Assembly: GCA_963735805.1 (NCBI GenBank)
Contig: CAVTMK010000004.1
Span: 1 to 64,000 of the forward strand
Reading direction: 5' to 3'
Length of the DNA: 64,000 nt
Source of the DNA: an uncultured Verrucomicrobiae bacterium
GTDB lineage: Bacteria > Verrucomicrobiota > Verrucomicrobiia > Chthoniobacterales > UBA10450
The first letter of the stretch is position 1. Every line of letters starts with the position of its first letter. This document shows positions 9,837 through 20,768 of the stretch, piece after piece. The notes below the pieces were generated by a model, which searched no databases, had not been told where the DNA came from, and worked only from the letters and a program-made list of their open reading frames with translations. A program made the position numbers and the translations under genes.

Positions 9837-10478
9837 CTATGATTCGGGCGTTGCAGCCGCAGTGGATGACTCCGGCGCGCCGGCGTCGCCAGCGTCAGTC
9901 GGAACACGCGCCTTCGGCAAATGACGCGTTCGCAACTCTTCGACATTCGGCAATTCGTCCAGATTCCGAAGTCCGAAATGATCCAAAAAAAATTGCGTGG
10001 TTTCATAAAGAAGCGGGCGCCCGGGGATTTCAGCGCGGCCGGCGATTTTAACCAGCCCGCGCTCCATCAACGTTTGCAGCACACCATCGATGTTCACACC
10101 TCGAACTGCTTCCACGTCTGCACGCGTAATCGGCTGGCGATAGGCAATGATCGCGAGCGTCTCCAGTGCTGGCGCACTCAACCGAGCCGGTTTCGGCGCG
10201 GGAAAAAGTTGGCGCACCCACTGGGCGTACTTCGAATCGGTAGCCAGCTGCCAACCGTCCGCCTTTTCGTTAAGTTGAAATGCCCGCTGTTGCTCGATGC
10301 ACTCGATTTTCAATTGTTCGAGTGCGGCGGCAACCTCCGCTAAACTTATCCGAGCGAATTCGTTAGGCGGAGATTCATCTTCCGCGCCGGCTCCCTTGAT
10401 AGCTTCCGTCAATTCACGGATTGAAAGCGGTTTCTGCGCACTAAATAGAAGTGCTTCGATTACCCGGGACAAACTCAT
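9837..10478 (-). CDS. scpB: SMC-Scp complex subunit ScpB
   Basis: IEALLF, LSAPALETLAIIAYRQPITRADVEAVRGV, GRPLLYETT. Confidence 0.95.
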   Translation of the reverse strand: MSLSRVIEALLFSAQKPLSIRELTEAIKGAGAEDESPPNEFARISLAEVAAALEQLKIECIEQQRAFQLNEKADGWQLATDSKYAQWVRQLFPAPKPARLSAPALETLAIIAYRQPITRADVEAVRGVNIDGVLQTLMERGLVKIAGRAEIPGRPLLYETTQFFLDHFGLRNLDELPNVEELRTRHLPKARVPTDAGDAGAPESSTAAATPES

Positions 10479-10501
10479 GTGTCTTATAATTCCTATGTCT
10501 C

Positions 10502-11881
10502 CTATGCTCCGATCGCGCTCTGTATTGCGTCAGCGATTCGATCCGCTTGCTTATCGATCTTCTCAAGCTCGCGACCTTCGATAAGCAAACGGATCTTTGG
10601 CTCTGTGCCCGAATAACGCAGCAGCACGCGACCTTTGCCTGCGAGCTCTTTCTCAGCCTCGCTTACCAGCTTCATGACCGAGTTCAACTCCGTCAGGGGA
10701 CGTTTTTCTTTCACCAACAAATTGCGCTGGGCCTGCGGATATTTTTCCAGACATGCCTTCAGTTTACTCAGCGGTTGGCCGCTCTTGTGCATGATGCAGA
10801 GAATCTGGAGCGCGCTGATGATGCCATCGCCGGTGGTTGTGAAGTCGCGGAAGATGATGTGGCCGCTCTGTTCGCCGCCAAGGTTGAGTTTTTGTCGCGT
10901 CATCTCTTCGATCACATAGCGGTCGCCGACTTTGGTTCGCACCACCTTGCCGCCTTTCGCGGCGAGTGTCTCATCCAGGCCAAAATTGCTCATTACGGTC
11001 GCCACAACCGTATTTTGCTCCAACCGGCCAGCATTTAGGAAATCGAGTGCCGCGATGGCGAGAATCTCGTCGCCATCGACCATCTCGCCGTCTTCATCAC
11101 ACAGCAGGACGCGATCGGCGTCGCCATCATGCGTAATGCCAACATCCGCGCCGCTCATTTTCACGATGCGCTGGATTTCATCCGGATGAATACTGCCACA
11201 GCCATCGTTGATGTTCATGCCGTTCGGTTGGTTGTGCGCCACGGCAACCTCCGCGCCAAGTTCGCGCAGAATGCAAGGCGTCGATTTGTAAGCGGCGCCG
11301 TTTGCGACATCCACCGCCACCCGCATTTCCTCAAGCGACATTCCACGTGGAAAACTTGCCTTGGCGAATTCTACGTAGCGGCCGAGCGCATCATCGATGC
11401 GCGTGGCGCGTCCGATTTTGTTGGCAGTCGGCCGAATGGAATCGATCTCACCGGTGAATACGAGCTGCTCGATTCTATCCTCGATCTGATCATCCAGTTT
11501 ATAACCGTCGTGCCGGAAAAATTTGATGCCGTTGTCCTGGTAAGGATTATGCGAAGCCGAAAGGACGATGCCGGCGTCGGCGCGCAACGATCGAGTGATG
11601 TACGCCACGCCCGGCGTCGGCAGCGGTCCGATGATAAGGACATCGACTCCGAGTGAAGTGATCCCGGCCACCAGCGCGTTTTCGAGCATGTAACCGGAAA
11701 GACGTGTGTCCTTGCCCAGCACAATCTTGGGGCGCGCGCCTGCAGGAGTTTTGCGCGGATTCAACTGCGTGAAAACATACGCCGCTGCGCGCCCTAATTT
11801 CAGTGCGGTCTCTGCAGTAACCGGTTCCACGTTCGCCACACCGCGCACGCCATCGGTTCCAAAAATTCTCTTTTCGGTCAC
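10502..11881 (-). CDS. glmM: Phosphoglucosamine mutase
   Basis: FGTDGVRG, SASHNP, DGDADR, GGEQSGH, RYSGTEP. Confidence 0.96.
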   Translation of the reverse strand: MTEKRIFGTDGVRGVANVEPVTAETALKLGRAAAYVFTQLNPRKTPAGARPKIVLGKDTRLSGYMLENALVAGITSLGVDVLIIGPLPTPGVAYITRSLRADAGIVLSASHNPYQDNGIKFFRHDGYKLDDQIEDRIEQLVFTGEIDSIRPTANKIGRATRIDDALGRYVEFAKASFPRGMSLEEMRVAVDVANGAAYKSTPCILRELGAEVAVAHNQPNGMNINDGCGSIHPDEIQRIVKMSGADVGITHDGDADRVLLCDEDGEMVDGDEILAIAALDFLNAGRLEQNTVVATVMSNFGLDETLAAKGGKVVRTKVGDRYVIEEMTRQKLNLGGEQSGHIIFRDFTTTGDGIISALQILCIMHKSGQPLSKLKACLEKYPQAQRNLLVKEKRPLTELNSVMKLVSEAEKELAGKGRVLLRYSGTEPKIRLLIEGRELEKIDKQADRIADAIQSAIGA

Positions 11882-11977
11882 GCCGTAATTGAAACGCCCG
11901 AAAGCGGATTCGTAAACGGCAAATTTTCACGAGTAATAGATGGCCGGCAGTCCCAGCGGTCTTTCCTTGAGAACTAG

Positions 11978-14701
11978 TTGCGGGGCTTGAGATTGGGACG
12001 ACTCTTTTATTTTTATCGCAGGCTAGACGTGAATGCCGAATCTCGTCGTAAAAACGAACTCCCCAAAAAGGAGATGCCGAAGGAATTTGGCGATTACGAA
12101 CTACTGGAAGAAATCGGTCGCGGCGGTCAAGGCGTAGTCTTCCGCGCCTGGCAACGGAGCCTCAGCCGCACAGTCGCGGTTAAGATTATTGGGATTGGCC
12201 AGTGGACGACGGACGCGCACGTGAAACGCCTTCGGAGGGAAGCTGAAGCGGCGGCGAAACTAAATCACCCAGGGATTGTTCCGATCTACGAAGTCGGTGA
12301 ACGCGACGGGACCTACTACTTTAGCATGCGGTTCGTCGAAGGGGATCGTCTCGACGAACTCGTCAGTCGCGGGCCGGTATCCACCCGGCAAGCAGCAGAG
12401 CTCATTGCCAAAGTCGCCCGCACCGTACATTACGCGCACGAACACGGCATTCTGCATCGAGACATCAAGCCGGGAAATATTCTGCTCGATGCAAACGGCG
12501 AACCGCACCTCACTGACTTTGGCCTGGCCCGATTGGTCGAACATGGGAGCACTGTGACCGGAACGCTGGAGGTCATGGGGACACCCAGTTACATGTCGCC
12601 GGAACAAGCGGTAGGTAACAACGCAGGCCTCGGCACGGCGACAGATGTTTACGGACTAGGTGCGGTCCTCTACGAACTGCTCACGGGCCATCCGCCTTTT
12701 GCCGGTGAAACAGCGTTCGAAACGGTTCGATTACTGCTGGATTCAGAGCCGCGGCAACCGCGTTCGTGGAACCGAAAAATCGATCGCGACCTTTCCGATA
12801 TCTGCTTGAAATGTTTGGAGAAAAATCCTCGTTATCGTTACTCATCTGCACTGGAACTGGCCGAAGACCTGGAGCGTTGGCTATATCGCGAGCCAATCCT
12901 CGCAAAACGCAGCGGATTTTTCACGCATGCGCGAAAATGGATGCAACGCAATCCGACGATCACCGCCCTGATCGTGTTGTCGGTCGTACTCGCAGCTGGT
13001 CTAGGGGTCATGACGTGGCAACGTGAATCAATTCGCCGGATTCCCGCAGGGATCGCCGTCCTTCCATTTGAAAATCTCAGCGACAATAAGGAGGACGCCT
13101 TTTTTGCCGACGGCGTCCAGGACGACGTTTTGACCAAGCTGGCGAAAATCGCCGACCTCAAAGTGATCAGTCGGACCAGTGTCATGGGATATCGCGGGAA
13201 AAGGGATTTGCGTCAGGTCGGACGCACGCTTGGCGTTTCGCATGTGCTCGAAGGGACCGCGCGACGTGCCGGCGGCAAGGTACGTGTAAATGCGCAGTTG
13301 GTGGATACCCGCACAGACACAGGGATATGGGCGGACGAATACGAAAGGAGCTTGAAAGAGGCATTCGCAATTCCCAGTGAGATTGCTCAAGAAGTTGCCC
13401 AGCGACTGCACGTCAAAATTTCAACTGCTGAGAAACAGGATATCGAGCGGAAGCCAACTGGCGATCTGACTGCCTTTGAACTCTACGCGCAGGCCAGGAT
13501 TCTTCTTTCCACACCCATCTTTAGCGCGACCGGTGATGCGAACTTGCTGCAGGCAGTCGATCTCCTGAATCAGGCTGTTGCACGTGATCCAGAATTTTTC
13601 CAGGCTTACTGTCAACTCGCTTATGGCCACGATCTTCTGTACTTCCTCGGTCACGACCGTACTCGCGCGCGTCTGGCGAAGGCCGAAGCGGCAATCGAGG
13701 CCGCGTCTCGGCTTTTTCCCGATGCCGGAGAAACCCACCTCGCACGCGCAGAAAACCTTTATCGTGGATATCTGAATTACAGCGACGCTCTAGCCGAATT
13801 GGAAGTCGCCTCCCGGGCCCTTCCAAATGATCCCCGCGTTTTCGAACTGAAAGGCTACATCCAGAGGCGTCAAGGGCACTGGGAGGACGCAGTACGAAAT
13901 CTCGAACGAGCAGCTGATCTGGATCCACGCAATGTGTTTACGCTGGAGCAGCTTGCACTGAGTTACCAGCTTCTCCGGCGCTATGCAGAAACCGAGTCTT
14001 TGTTAGACCGCGTATTGACCATCGAACCGAACAATCTCGAGATAAAAGCAGCGCGCGCATTCGTCGATCTTGATTGGAAAGCCGATACCCGACCTTTACG
14101 TCGTTTGATCAGCGAAATCAGAGCGACTAGTTCGAGCGCAACACAAACCATCGCTAATTATTGGCTCTTTTGCGCGCTGGCCGAGCGTGATGCCGGTGAT
14201 GCGAACGAAGCCTTAATCGCGACAGGCGAAAATCCGATAACGCTGGCTAACGAAAATGTCGTTTTTAATCGTCATTTTGCGGAAGGTGTTATCGCCCGGA
14301 TGACGAACGACCAGACCAAGGCGCGGTCGGCCTTTAGCGCCGCACAACTGGAGCAGCAAAAAATCATCGAAGTCCAACCAAATTACGGTCCCGCACTTTG
14401 CGTGCTTGGATTGATTGACGCTGGTCTTGGCCGAAAAAGTGAAGCCGTTCGCGAAGGCTCGAAGGCCGTTGAGTTTCTCCCCTTGGCAAAGGATGCAGTT
14501 GGCGGCGCTGAACTAGTCAAGTATCTGGCCACGATTGCCGCGTGGGTTGACGAAAAGGACCTCGCCTTTGAGCAGCTTGAGATTGTGACTAACCGCCCCA
14601 GCTCGATCAGCTACGGTCAATTGAAACTCTTGCCGTTTTGGGACCCGTTGCGAGGCGACCCCCGCTTCGAAAAAGTCATCGCTTCGCTGGCGCCAAAATA
14701 G
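11978..14701 (+). CDS. Ser/Thr protein kinase with TM helix, TolB-like domain and TPR repeats; true start probably 12029 or 12074
   Basis: GRGGQG, VAVK, HRDIKPGN, DFG, GTPSYMSPE; IAVLPFENLS; TPR-like helices; WDPLRGDPRF end. Confidence 0.92.
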   Translation: MRGLRLGRLFYFYRRLDVNAESRRKNELPKKEMPKEFGDYELLEEIGRGGQGVVFRAWQRSLSRTVAVKIIGIGQWTTDAHVKRLRREAEAAAKLNHPGIVPIYEVGERDGTYYFSMRFVEGDRLDELVSRGPVSTRQAAELIAKVARTVHYAHEHGILHRDIKPGNILLDANGEPHLTDFGLARLVEHGSTVTGTLEVMGTPSYMSPEQAVGNNAGLGTATDVYGLGAVLYELLTGHPPFAGETAFETVRLLLDSEPRQPRSWNRKIDRDLSDICLKCLEKNPRYRYSSALELAEDLERWLYREPILAKRSGFFTHARKWMQRNPTITALIVLSVVLAAGLGVMTWQRESIRRIPAGIAVLPFENLSDNKEDAFFADGVQDDVLTKLAKIADLKVISRTSVMGYRGKRDLRQVGRTLGVSHVLEGTARRAGGKVRVNAQLVDTRTDTGIWADEYERSLKEAFAIPSEIAQEVAQRLHVKISTAEKQDIERKPTGDLTAFELYAQARILLSTPIFSATGDANLLQAVDLLNQAVARDPEFFQAYCQLAYGHDLLYFLGHDRTRARLAKAEAAIEAASRLFPDAGETHLARAENLYRGYLNYSDALAELEVASRALPNDPRVFELKGYIQRRQGHWEDAVRNLERAADLDPRNVFTLEQLALSYQLLRRYAETESLLDRVLTIEPNNLEIKAARAFVDLDWKADTRPLRRLISEIRATSSSATQTIANYWLFCALAERDAGDANEALIATGENPITLANENVVFNRHFAEGVIARMTNDQTKARSAFSAAQLEQQKIIEVQPNYGPALCVLGLIDAGLGRKSEAVREGSKAVEFLPLAKDAVGGAELVKYLATIAAWVDEKDLAFEQLEIVTNRPSSISYGQLKLLPFWDPLRGDPRFEKVIASLAPK

Positions 14702-14757
14702 ACCGACCTTGGGGATGGTTTTCCCATCTGAATCTGCTTTCCAATTCACAAGCCCGG

Positions 14758-16167
14758 TTATGGCGCTTTCGGCGATTTGACCAGGTTCATTTCGTTGATC
14801 TTTCGATGCAGAGTGCGACGGCTGATGCCGAGTTTTTTGGCTGCCGCAGTCACATTGCCATTCGTGGCTGCAAGCGCCTGAGCAATCAACTTTTTTTCCG
14901 TCTCGTTTAGGTCGAAGGGACTTGTTTTTTCGCCGAAAATTTGAACTGAAACTCCACTCGGCAACTTAGCCCTGGCGGCCTGTCGCACCGCCATCGGTAG
15001 ATCGCGCAAGGTGATCTTTGGGCCGGTAGCCATCACGACGCCATGTTCGATCGCAGTCCGCAGCTCGCGAACATTGCCTGGCCAGTCATACGTCAGCAGT
15101 GCGTCCGTGGCATCGGGCGTCAAATCGACAAGGGGCTTGTCATTCGCCTTGCAGAAGTGACGCAAGAATCCGCGAACCAAAATCGGGATATCTTCTTTTC
15201 GTTCGCGCAGCGGCGGCATCGTGATGCGTACTACGTTGAGGCGGAAATAAAGATCATCGCGAAATTTTCCTTCGTGCACGAGTTGCTCGAGATTTTTGTT
15301 CGTGGCAGCAATGATCCGTACATCTGCGTGCAATGTTTGATTGCCGCCGACCCGCTCAAATGCGCGATCCTCGCTCATGACGCGAAGCAATTTGACCTGA
15401 GTGCTTGGATCGATCTCGGCCACTTCGTCGAGGAAAAGCGTGCCGCCGGTGGCCTGCTCGAACCGGCCGATGCGCCGCTCGAATGCGCCCGTGAACGCGC
15501 CTCTCTCATGACCAAATAACTCGCTCTCCAGAAGTTGCGGAGAAAGCGCCGCGCAATGCACCGCCACAAATTTCGCTTTGTTACGCCGGCTCAGATTGTG
15601 AATGGCGTGCGCAGCCAATTCCTTGCCTGTCCCGCTTTCGCCTTCAATGAGCACATTGGCTGATGAGGGCGCAACCTGCCGGATTGTGTCGAGCACTTCA
15701 TGCAAAGCAGTTGAGTCTCCCCAAATATTCTCGAGGCCGTAGCGTTCATCGACTTGTTCGCGAAGCGCGCGATTTTCCTGCTCGAGCTTGCGGGCTTGCA
15801 CCGCTCGCGCGATCAGCAGTTCTACCTTATCGAGATTTAGCGGCTTGGTCACAAAGTCGTAAGCGCCGCGTTTCATCGCTTCGACCGCAACATCGACCGA
15901 GCCGTACGCCGTCATCATAATGCAAACAGGGGGATGCGGCATTTTCAGCGCGCGAGCGATCAAGGTCATTCCATCTTCGCTGCCGATACGCAGGTCAGTC
16001 AAAAGCACGTCGATCTGCTCGCGATCCAGAACGTTGTTCGCGCCCGCGATATCCGGGGCGACATACACATCGTAATCGTTCTCAAGCAGACTTCGCAGCC
16101 CGTCACGAGTATGCTTCTCGTCATCAACAATAAGTACGATGGGCTGTAGATCCATTGGCTTCGCCAC
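14758..16167 (-). CDS. Sigma-54-dependent response regulator (NtrC/AtoC family)
   Basis: Receiver domain (IVDD, TDL), GESGTGKE, GAFTGA, WPGNVREL, Fis HTH. Confidence 0.95.
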   Translation of the reverse strand: MAKPMDLQPIVLIVDDEKHTRDGLRSLLENDYDVYVAPDIAGANNVLDREQIDVLLTDLRIGSEDGMTLIARALKMPHPPVCIMMTAYGSVDVAVEAMKRGAYDFVTKPLNLDKVELLIARAVQARKLEQENRALREQVDERYGLENIWGDSTALHEVLDTIRQVAPSSANVLIEGESGTGKELAAHAIHNLSRRNKAKFVAVHCAALSPQLLESELFGHERGAFTGAFERRIGRFEQATGGTLFLDEVAEIDPSTQVKLLRVMSEDRAFERVGGNQTLHADVRIIAATNKNLEQLVHEGKFRDDLYFRLNVVRITMPPLRERKEDIPILVRGFLRHFCKANDKPLVDLTPDATDALLTYDWPGNVRELRTAIEHGVVMATGPKITLRDLPMAVRQAARAKLPSGVSVQIFGEKTSPFDLNETEKKLIAQALAATNGNVTAAAKKLGISRRTLHRKINEMNLVKSPKAP

Positions 16168-16322
16168 GTTACATCGTAACTTTTGTAACGTTTTTGACTA
16201 CTTTAACAAGTCGAGGGGAGCTCGGATTTCACTATTAAAACCTCCGCGCGCCGAGCTGCGGACCAAGTCCCACAATCAAAGAAATATAGCCATGCAAGTG
16301 AAATGATGTATTCTCGCCGCCG

Positions 16323-17054
16323 ATGCATCAGCGGATTTCCCACGCTTTGATATGCATTTTTCTCACTGGTTACCCAACCGCTTTCGCCGCTGAAGAATCC
16401 ATTAGCACGGACGATTACTGGAAACTGGCTGCCCAAGAGAATAACGTTGTGATCTACAGCCGGCCGCGCCCAGGTTCGCCGCTCAAGGAATTCAAAGCTG
16501 TCGGCCCGATTGACGCGCCCACCGGCGCCGTCTGCGCGGTGATCGACGACTTCCAGAACTATCCGAAATTCATGCCGTACATGACCGAATGCCGGCTGAT
16601 CAAACGGGATAGCGATTCGATTGTCGGATATCAGAGACTTTCGCCAAAGGTTTGTGCGGACCGCGATTACACCTTGCGCGTCTGGAAGAAGTCATGGCCT
16701 GTCAACGGCGGTTGGGCTTTCATGAGTCATTGGTCCCCTGCCAATGAACTCGGCCCCCCAGAAAGGAAAGGCATCATTCGCGTAAAAGTTTGCGAGGGGA
16801 AATGGCTGCTCGAGCCCGATGGCGCGATTAAAACTCGCGCCACTTATTCCATTTATACCGATTCCGGCGGCTTTATCCCATCTTTCCTCGCCAATCGCAT
16901 AAGCTTGACGGGAATCACAAAGCTCTTCGCAGCCGTCCGCAAGCAGGTCAAAGATCCAAAATATGCCGTTTCGATTCCAGAACGCGCACGGTTGCCGACT
17001 GGTTTGGAAACAACCACTGGAAAAAATGACGAAAGAAGCAAGAAACCCGAATGA
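16323..17054 (+). CDS. Secreted START/SRPBCC-domain protein
   Basis: Signal peptide, KEFKAVG, DRDY, W-x-LEP, DSGGFIPSFLAN. Confidence 0.78.
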   Translation: MHQRISHALICIFLTGYPTAFAAEESISTDDYWKLAAQENNVVIYSRPRPGSPLKEFKAVGPIDAPTGAVCAVIDDFQNYPKFMPYMTECRLIKRDSDSIVGYQRLSPKVCADRDYTLRVWKKSWPVNGGWAFMSHWSPANELGPPERKGIIRVKVCEGKWLLEPDGAIKTRATYSIYTDSGGFIPSFLANRISLTGITKLFAAVRKQVKDPKYAVSIPERARLPTGLETTTGKNDERSKKPE

Positions 17055-17178
17055 CTTTGCAGGTTAAATCGTTGGCGCTCTAAGTCGTTGAATTTGGTTC
17101 GCTTTTTAACGATCTAGCTTTTTACGAGTCGCGTGTGGGCTTGCGTCATTCGTTCTTCGCCACTTCCTTTATCTTCAC

Positions 17179-19335
17179 ATGATGATAACCAATCGTTTGC
17201 TGTTTGTTATTAGCGCCATCAGTGCGTTGGCGTTGCTTCGTCTGTCCGTTGCTGGAGCCGTCCCTGAAACTCCCAAGAAACCTGTTTCAACGGAGTATCA
17301 GGGAGTTACGGTGGAAGATCCGTATCAATGGCTCGAAAAAGATGACGAGGCGGATGTGAAAGCCTGGTCGGCCTCGCAGAATCAGCGAACCCGTCAATAT
17401 CTCGATCAGTTACCGGACCGCGCGGCGATCGAAAAGCAATTGACGGAGTGGTACGCGAAAACCTCGCCCAGTTATTCCTCGCTTGTTTCGCGACCTGGAT
17501 TGTTGTTCGTGATGAAATTCCAGCCTCCAAAGCAACAGCCACTACTGGTCACGCTCACATCGGCTGACGATCTCAAGTCGGAAAAGATCGTGCTCGATCC
17601 GAACGTGCTGGACGCCAAAGGCACAACCGCGATCGATTGGTTTGTCCCGTCATTGGACGGCAAATATGTGGCGCTGTCGCTTTCCAAAGGTGGAAGCGAA
17701 GAGGGGACGCTTCACTTTTACGAGACGGCCACGAGCAAAGCGCTGCCCGATACGATCGCCCACGTTCAATATCCAACGGCAGGAGGCAGCGCAGCGTGGA
17801 ATGCCGATGGCACTGGAATTTATTACACGAGATTTCCCCGACAAGGCGAGCGACCCGAAGCCGACCTGAACTTTTATCAACAAGTCTACTTTCACAAACT
17901 CGGGACGCCCGACACGGAGGATACCTACTCTATCGGAAAAGAGTTTCCGCGGATCGCAGAGATCGTCTTGGAAGGTTCGCGCGACGGTCGATACATTCTT
18001 GCCACCGTTGCAAATGGCGACGGTGGAGAGTTCGCGCACTATTTACTCGGGCCCGACCAATCCCCCTCAGGCCGATGGAAGCAGGTCACTCAATTTAGCG
18101 ATCAAATCAAAGCCGCCCGCCTTGGACGTGATAATGCGCTCTATCTTCTTTCGCGCAACGGCGCGCCACGCGGCAAGGTTCTCCGTCTACCGCTCGAGAC
18201 TCCGGAATTGAATAAAGCCGTTGAAATCGTTCCAACTGGCGAAGCGGTTATCCAACAAATCGTGCCTACGGCCGCCGCTCTTTTCACTGGCGATCTGCTT
18301 GGCGGCCCATCTCAAATTCGACGGTTCGGCTTGGACGGCAAGCGCCAAACAATTATCCCAACTCCAAAAATATCCGCCGTGCAGGAAATGGCCGGACTCG
18401 AAGACGGTTCTCTTCTGTTTCGCGACCAGAGTTATATCGAGCCGGCAACATGGTTCCATTGTGCGAACGAACAAACCCAGGCCGTGAAAACGGCACTGCG
18501 TAGCACGTCACCCGTTTCATTCGCCGATATCGAAGTGACGCGCGAATTCGCAACTTCAAAGGACGGCACGAAAATTCCGCTCAACATCATTTTCCGCAAA
18601 GGACTGAAACGGGATGGGAAGAACCCCACATTGCTCTACGGATATGGCGGTTACGGAATCAGCATGTCGCCGAATTTTGAATTTACGCGTCGGCTTTGGT
18701 TCGATCACGGCGGTGTATATGTAGTGGCAAACATTCGAGGCGGTGGCGAGTTCGGTGAAGACTGGCATAAGGCTGGTAATCTGACGAAAAAGCAAAACGT
18801 GTTCGACGATTTCGCTGCTGCGGCGGAATACTTGATCAAACAGAAATATACGGCTCCGGAAAAGCTAGCGATCCAAGGCGGAAGCAATGGCGGTCTCTTG
18901 ATGGGGGCTATGATTACACAGCATCCCGATTTGGTGCGGGCGGTCGTCTCACAGGTCGGTATTTACGATATGCTGCGAGTAGAGCTTGCACCAAACGGCG
19001 CGTTTAACGTGACTGAATTCGGAACGGTAAAAGACCCCGATCAATTCAAGGCGCTCTATGCTTATTCGCCATACCATCATGTCGTCGATGGGACGAAATA
19101 TCCCTCGATTCTGATGATGACCGGTGCGAACGACGGGAGAGTCGCCCCTTACCACTCGCGCAAGATGATCGCGCGACTGGATGAAGCGAATAAATCCGAG
19201 AACCCAATTCTATTGCGAACGAGTTCCAGTGCAGGTCATGGCATTGGCACTGCGCTAAACGAGCGCATTAAACAATTAGCCGATATTTACGCATTTCTCT
19301 TTGCCCAGCTGAAAATGACGGGCAAAACCCTGTGA
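17179..19335 (+). CDS. Prolyl oligopeptidase (S9A), secreted
   Basis: DPYQWLE, YGYGGY, GGSNGG nucleophile, DGRV, AGHG. Confidence 0.95.
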   Translation: MMITNRLLFVISAISALALLRLSVAGAVPETPKKPVSTEYQGVTVEDPYQWLEKDDEADVKAWSASQNQRTRQYLDQLPDRAAIEKQLTEWYAKTSPSYSSLVSRPGLLFVMKFQPPKQQPLLVTLTSADDLKSEKIVLDPNVLDAKGTTAIDWFVPSLDGKYVALSLSKGGSEEGTLHFYETATSKALPDTIAHVQYPTAGGSAAWNADGTGIYYTRFPRQGERPEADLNFYQQVYFHKLGTPDTEDTYSIGKEFPRIAEIVLEGSRDGRYILATVANGDGGEFAHYLLGPDQSPSGRWKQVTQFSDQIKAARLGRDNALYLLSRNGAPRGKVLRLPLETPELNKAVEIVPTGEAVIQQIVPTAAALFTGDLLGGPSQIRRFGLDGKRQTIIPTPKISAVQEMAGLEDGSLLFRDQSYIEPATWFHCANEQTQAVKTALRSTSPVSFADIEVTREFATSKDGTKIPLNIIFRKGLKRDGKNPTLLYGYGGYGISMSPNFEFTRRLWFDHGGVYVVANIRGGGEFGEDWHKAGNLTKKQNVFDDFAAAAEYLIKQKYTAPEKLAIQGGSNGGLLMGAMITQHPDLVRAVVSQVGIYDMLRVELAPNGAFNVTEFGTVKDPDQFKALYAYSPYHHVVDGTKYPSILMMTGANDGRVAPYHSRKMIARLDEANKSENPILLRTSSSAGHGIGTALNERIKQLADIYAFLFAQLKMTGKTL

Positions 19336-19411
19336 ATCTCTGGTCGTTGCCGGCCCCAAGCGGATAAAACGGATTTTCAGTTTAACGATTTAACTCGTAA
19401 CCTCGCCAATC

Positions 19412-20749
19412 GTGCGAAAAAAACTGCTGATCTATTCGGCGGTAGTTGCGATTTTCTTTCTGATCGCGGCCGGGATCGGCGTAGCGGTCTTTTATAGTCC
19501 CGCAATGACCCGGTACATCGAAAGCGACGCATTTCGTGCCGCGATGGAAGATGAGACGGCGAAAGGCTTGCATTTCCCCCGGTGCCAATACTCGACGATC
19601 CGACGCACCGGCCCGTTCACCGCGCAAACCAAGATTTTTGAGGCACGAGATGGACAGAAAGCGATGAAGTCGCTTGATACCAAGGAGATCACAGCAACGT
19701 TTAATCCGTTAGGGGTCTTTGTGCGGCAGTGGAGATTCACTGAGGTGCGCGTGCAATCGGGCAACGTCGAGATCCAGGTTTACAAAGCAAATCCTGAAAT
19801 AGTGGCGCCCAAGCCATGGTTCGCCATTTTTTTGCCAACCAGGGTGTATTTGAAGAAAATTGAAACGCCTGAGGCCGACATAACCTGGCGATTTCGTGGC
19901 GAACGGAACGGATTTTTCGATACTCATTTACTGATTACGCCTCACGGCCGCGATTTCGAATACTTTGCTACCGGCGGCAGACTAAAAGTGGCTTTGCTTC
20001 CGGATCAGGATCTCCGCCGCGCGCATCTTCTCATCACAAAAACGCTGCTCACACTTTACGACATTGATCTGGCATCAGATTCCAGCAGCGGTGAAAACGT
20101 TCACGCCCAGGCACGCGCCGGCATTGGCAAAGATAAGAGCGTCGACCTGAGAGCGAACTTCACTCAGGTCCCAATTCGCTCCTGGTTGCCGGATGAATGG
20201 AAAAACCATTTGGGCGGCAGCGCATTCGGAGATTTTCACTGGACCGGAGTTGATCCAAAGCTGGAAAACTCTTCCGGCGAAGGCTCGGTAAGTGTGAGTG
20301 ACGGGCGAATCGACAATCTTCCCGTTCTGGAAAAGCTAGCAGAGCTTGCACGAAAGGAATCATTCGAACACTTGGCGCTCAATGATTGTTCGCTCAGCTT
20401 TGCGTGGAAATATCCAAAGATTGACATCGAAAACATTGCTATCGAAGAGAAAGGAAAATTCCGGATCGAGGGAGAAATGTCGATCGAGCAGCGTCGTTTG
20501 ACCGGCATGATCAGACTGGGCCTCACCCGCGGATATCTCGATTGGCTACCAAATCCTGAGGAGGTCTTTAGTCGCAAGCAGGGCGGCTATCTATGGACCA
20601 ACGTGCGTCTGTTCGGAACAATTGATGATCCCGGGCAAGATCTGAGTCCGCGCATTATCGACCTATTCAAACAATCGCCCGGCGCCTATCTCCAGCTCCT
20701 CTTTCGTCAATTCGAAGGATGGTTGAAAAAGGGATTTGGCGGCGACTAA
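19412..20749 (+). CDS. Membrane-anchored hypothetical protein, possibly AsmA-like
   Basis: 445 aa, single N-terminal TM, beta-rich body, GTIDDP near the C-terminus. Confidence 0.6.
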   Translation: MRKKLLIYSAVVAIFFLIAAGIGVAVFYSPAMTRYIESDAFRAAMEDETAKGLHFPRCQYSTIRRTGPFTAQTKIFEARDGQKAMKSLDTKEITATFNPLGVFVRQWRFTEVRVQSGNVEIQVYKANPEIVAPKPWFAIFLPTRVYLKKIETPEADITWRFRGERNGFFDTHLLITPHGRDFEYFATGGRLKVALLPDQDLRRAHLLITKTLLTLYDIDLASDSSSGENVHAQARAGIGKDKSVDLRANFTQVPIRSWLPDEWKNHLGGSAFGDFHWTGVDPKLENSSGEGSVSVSDGRIDNLPVLEKLAELARKESFEHLALNDCSLSFAWKYPKIDIENIAIEEKGKFRIEGEMSIEQRRLTGMIRLGLTRGYLDWLPNPEEVFSRKQGGYLWTNVRLFGTIDDPGQDLSPRIIDLFKQSPGAYLQLLFRQFEGWLKKGFGGD

Positions 20750-20768
20750 AAACGCCTCGCGCGCCGAT

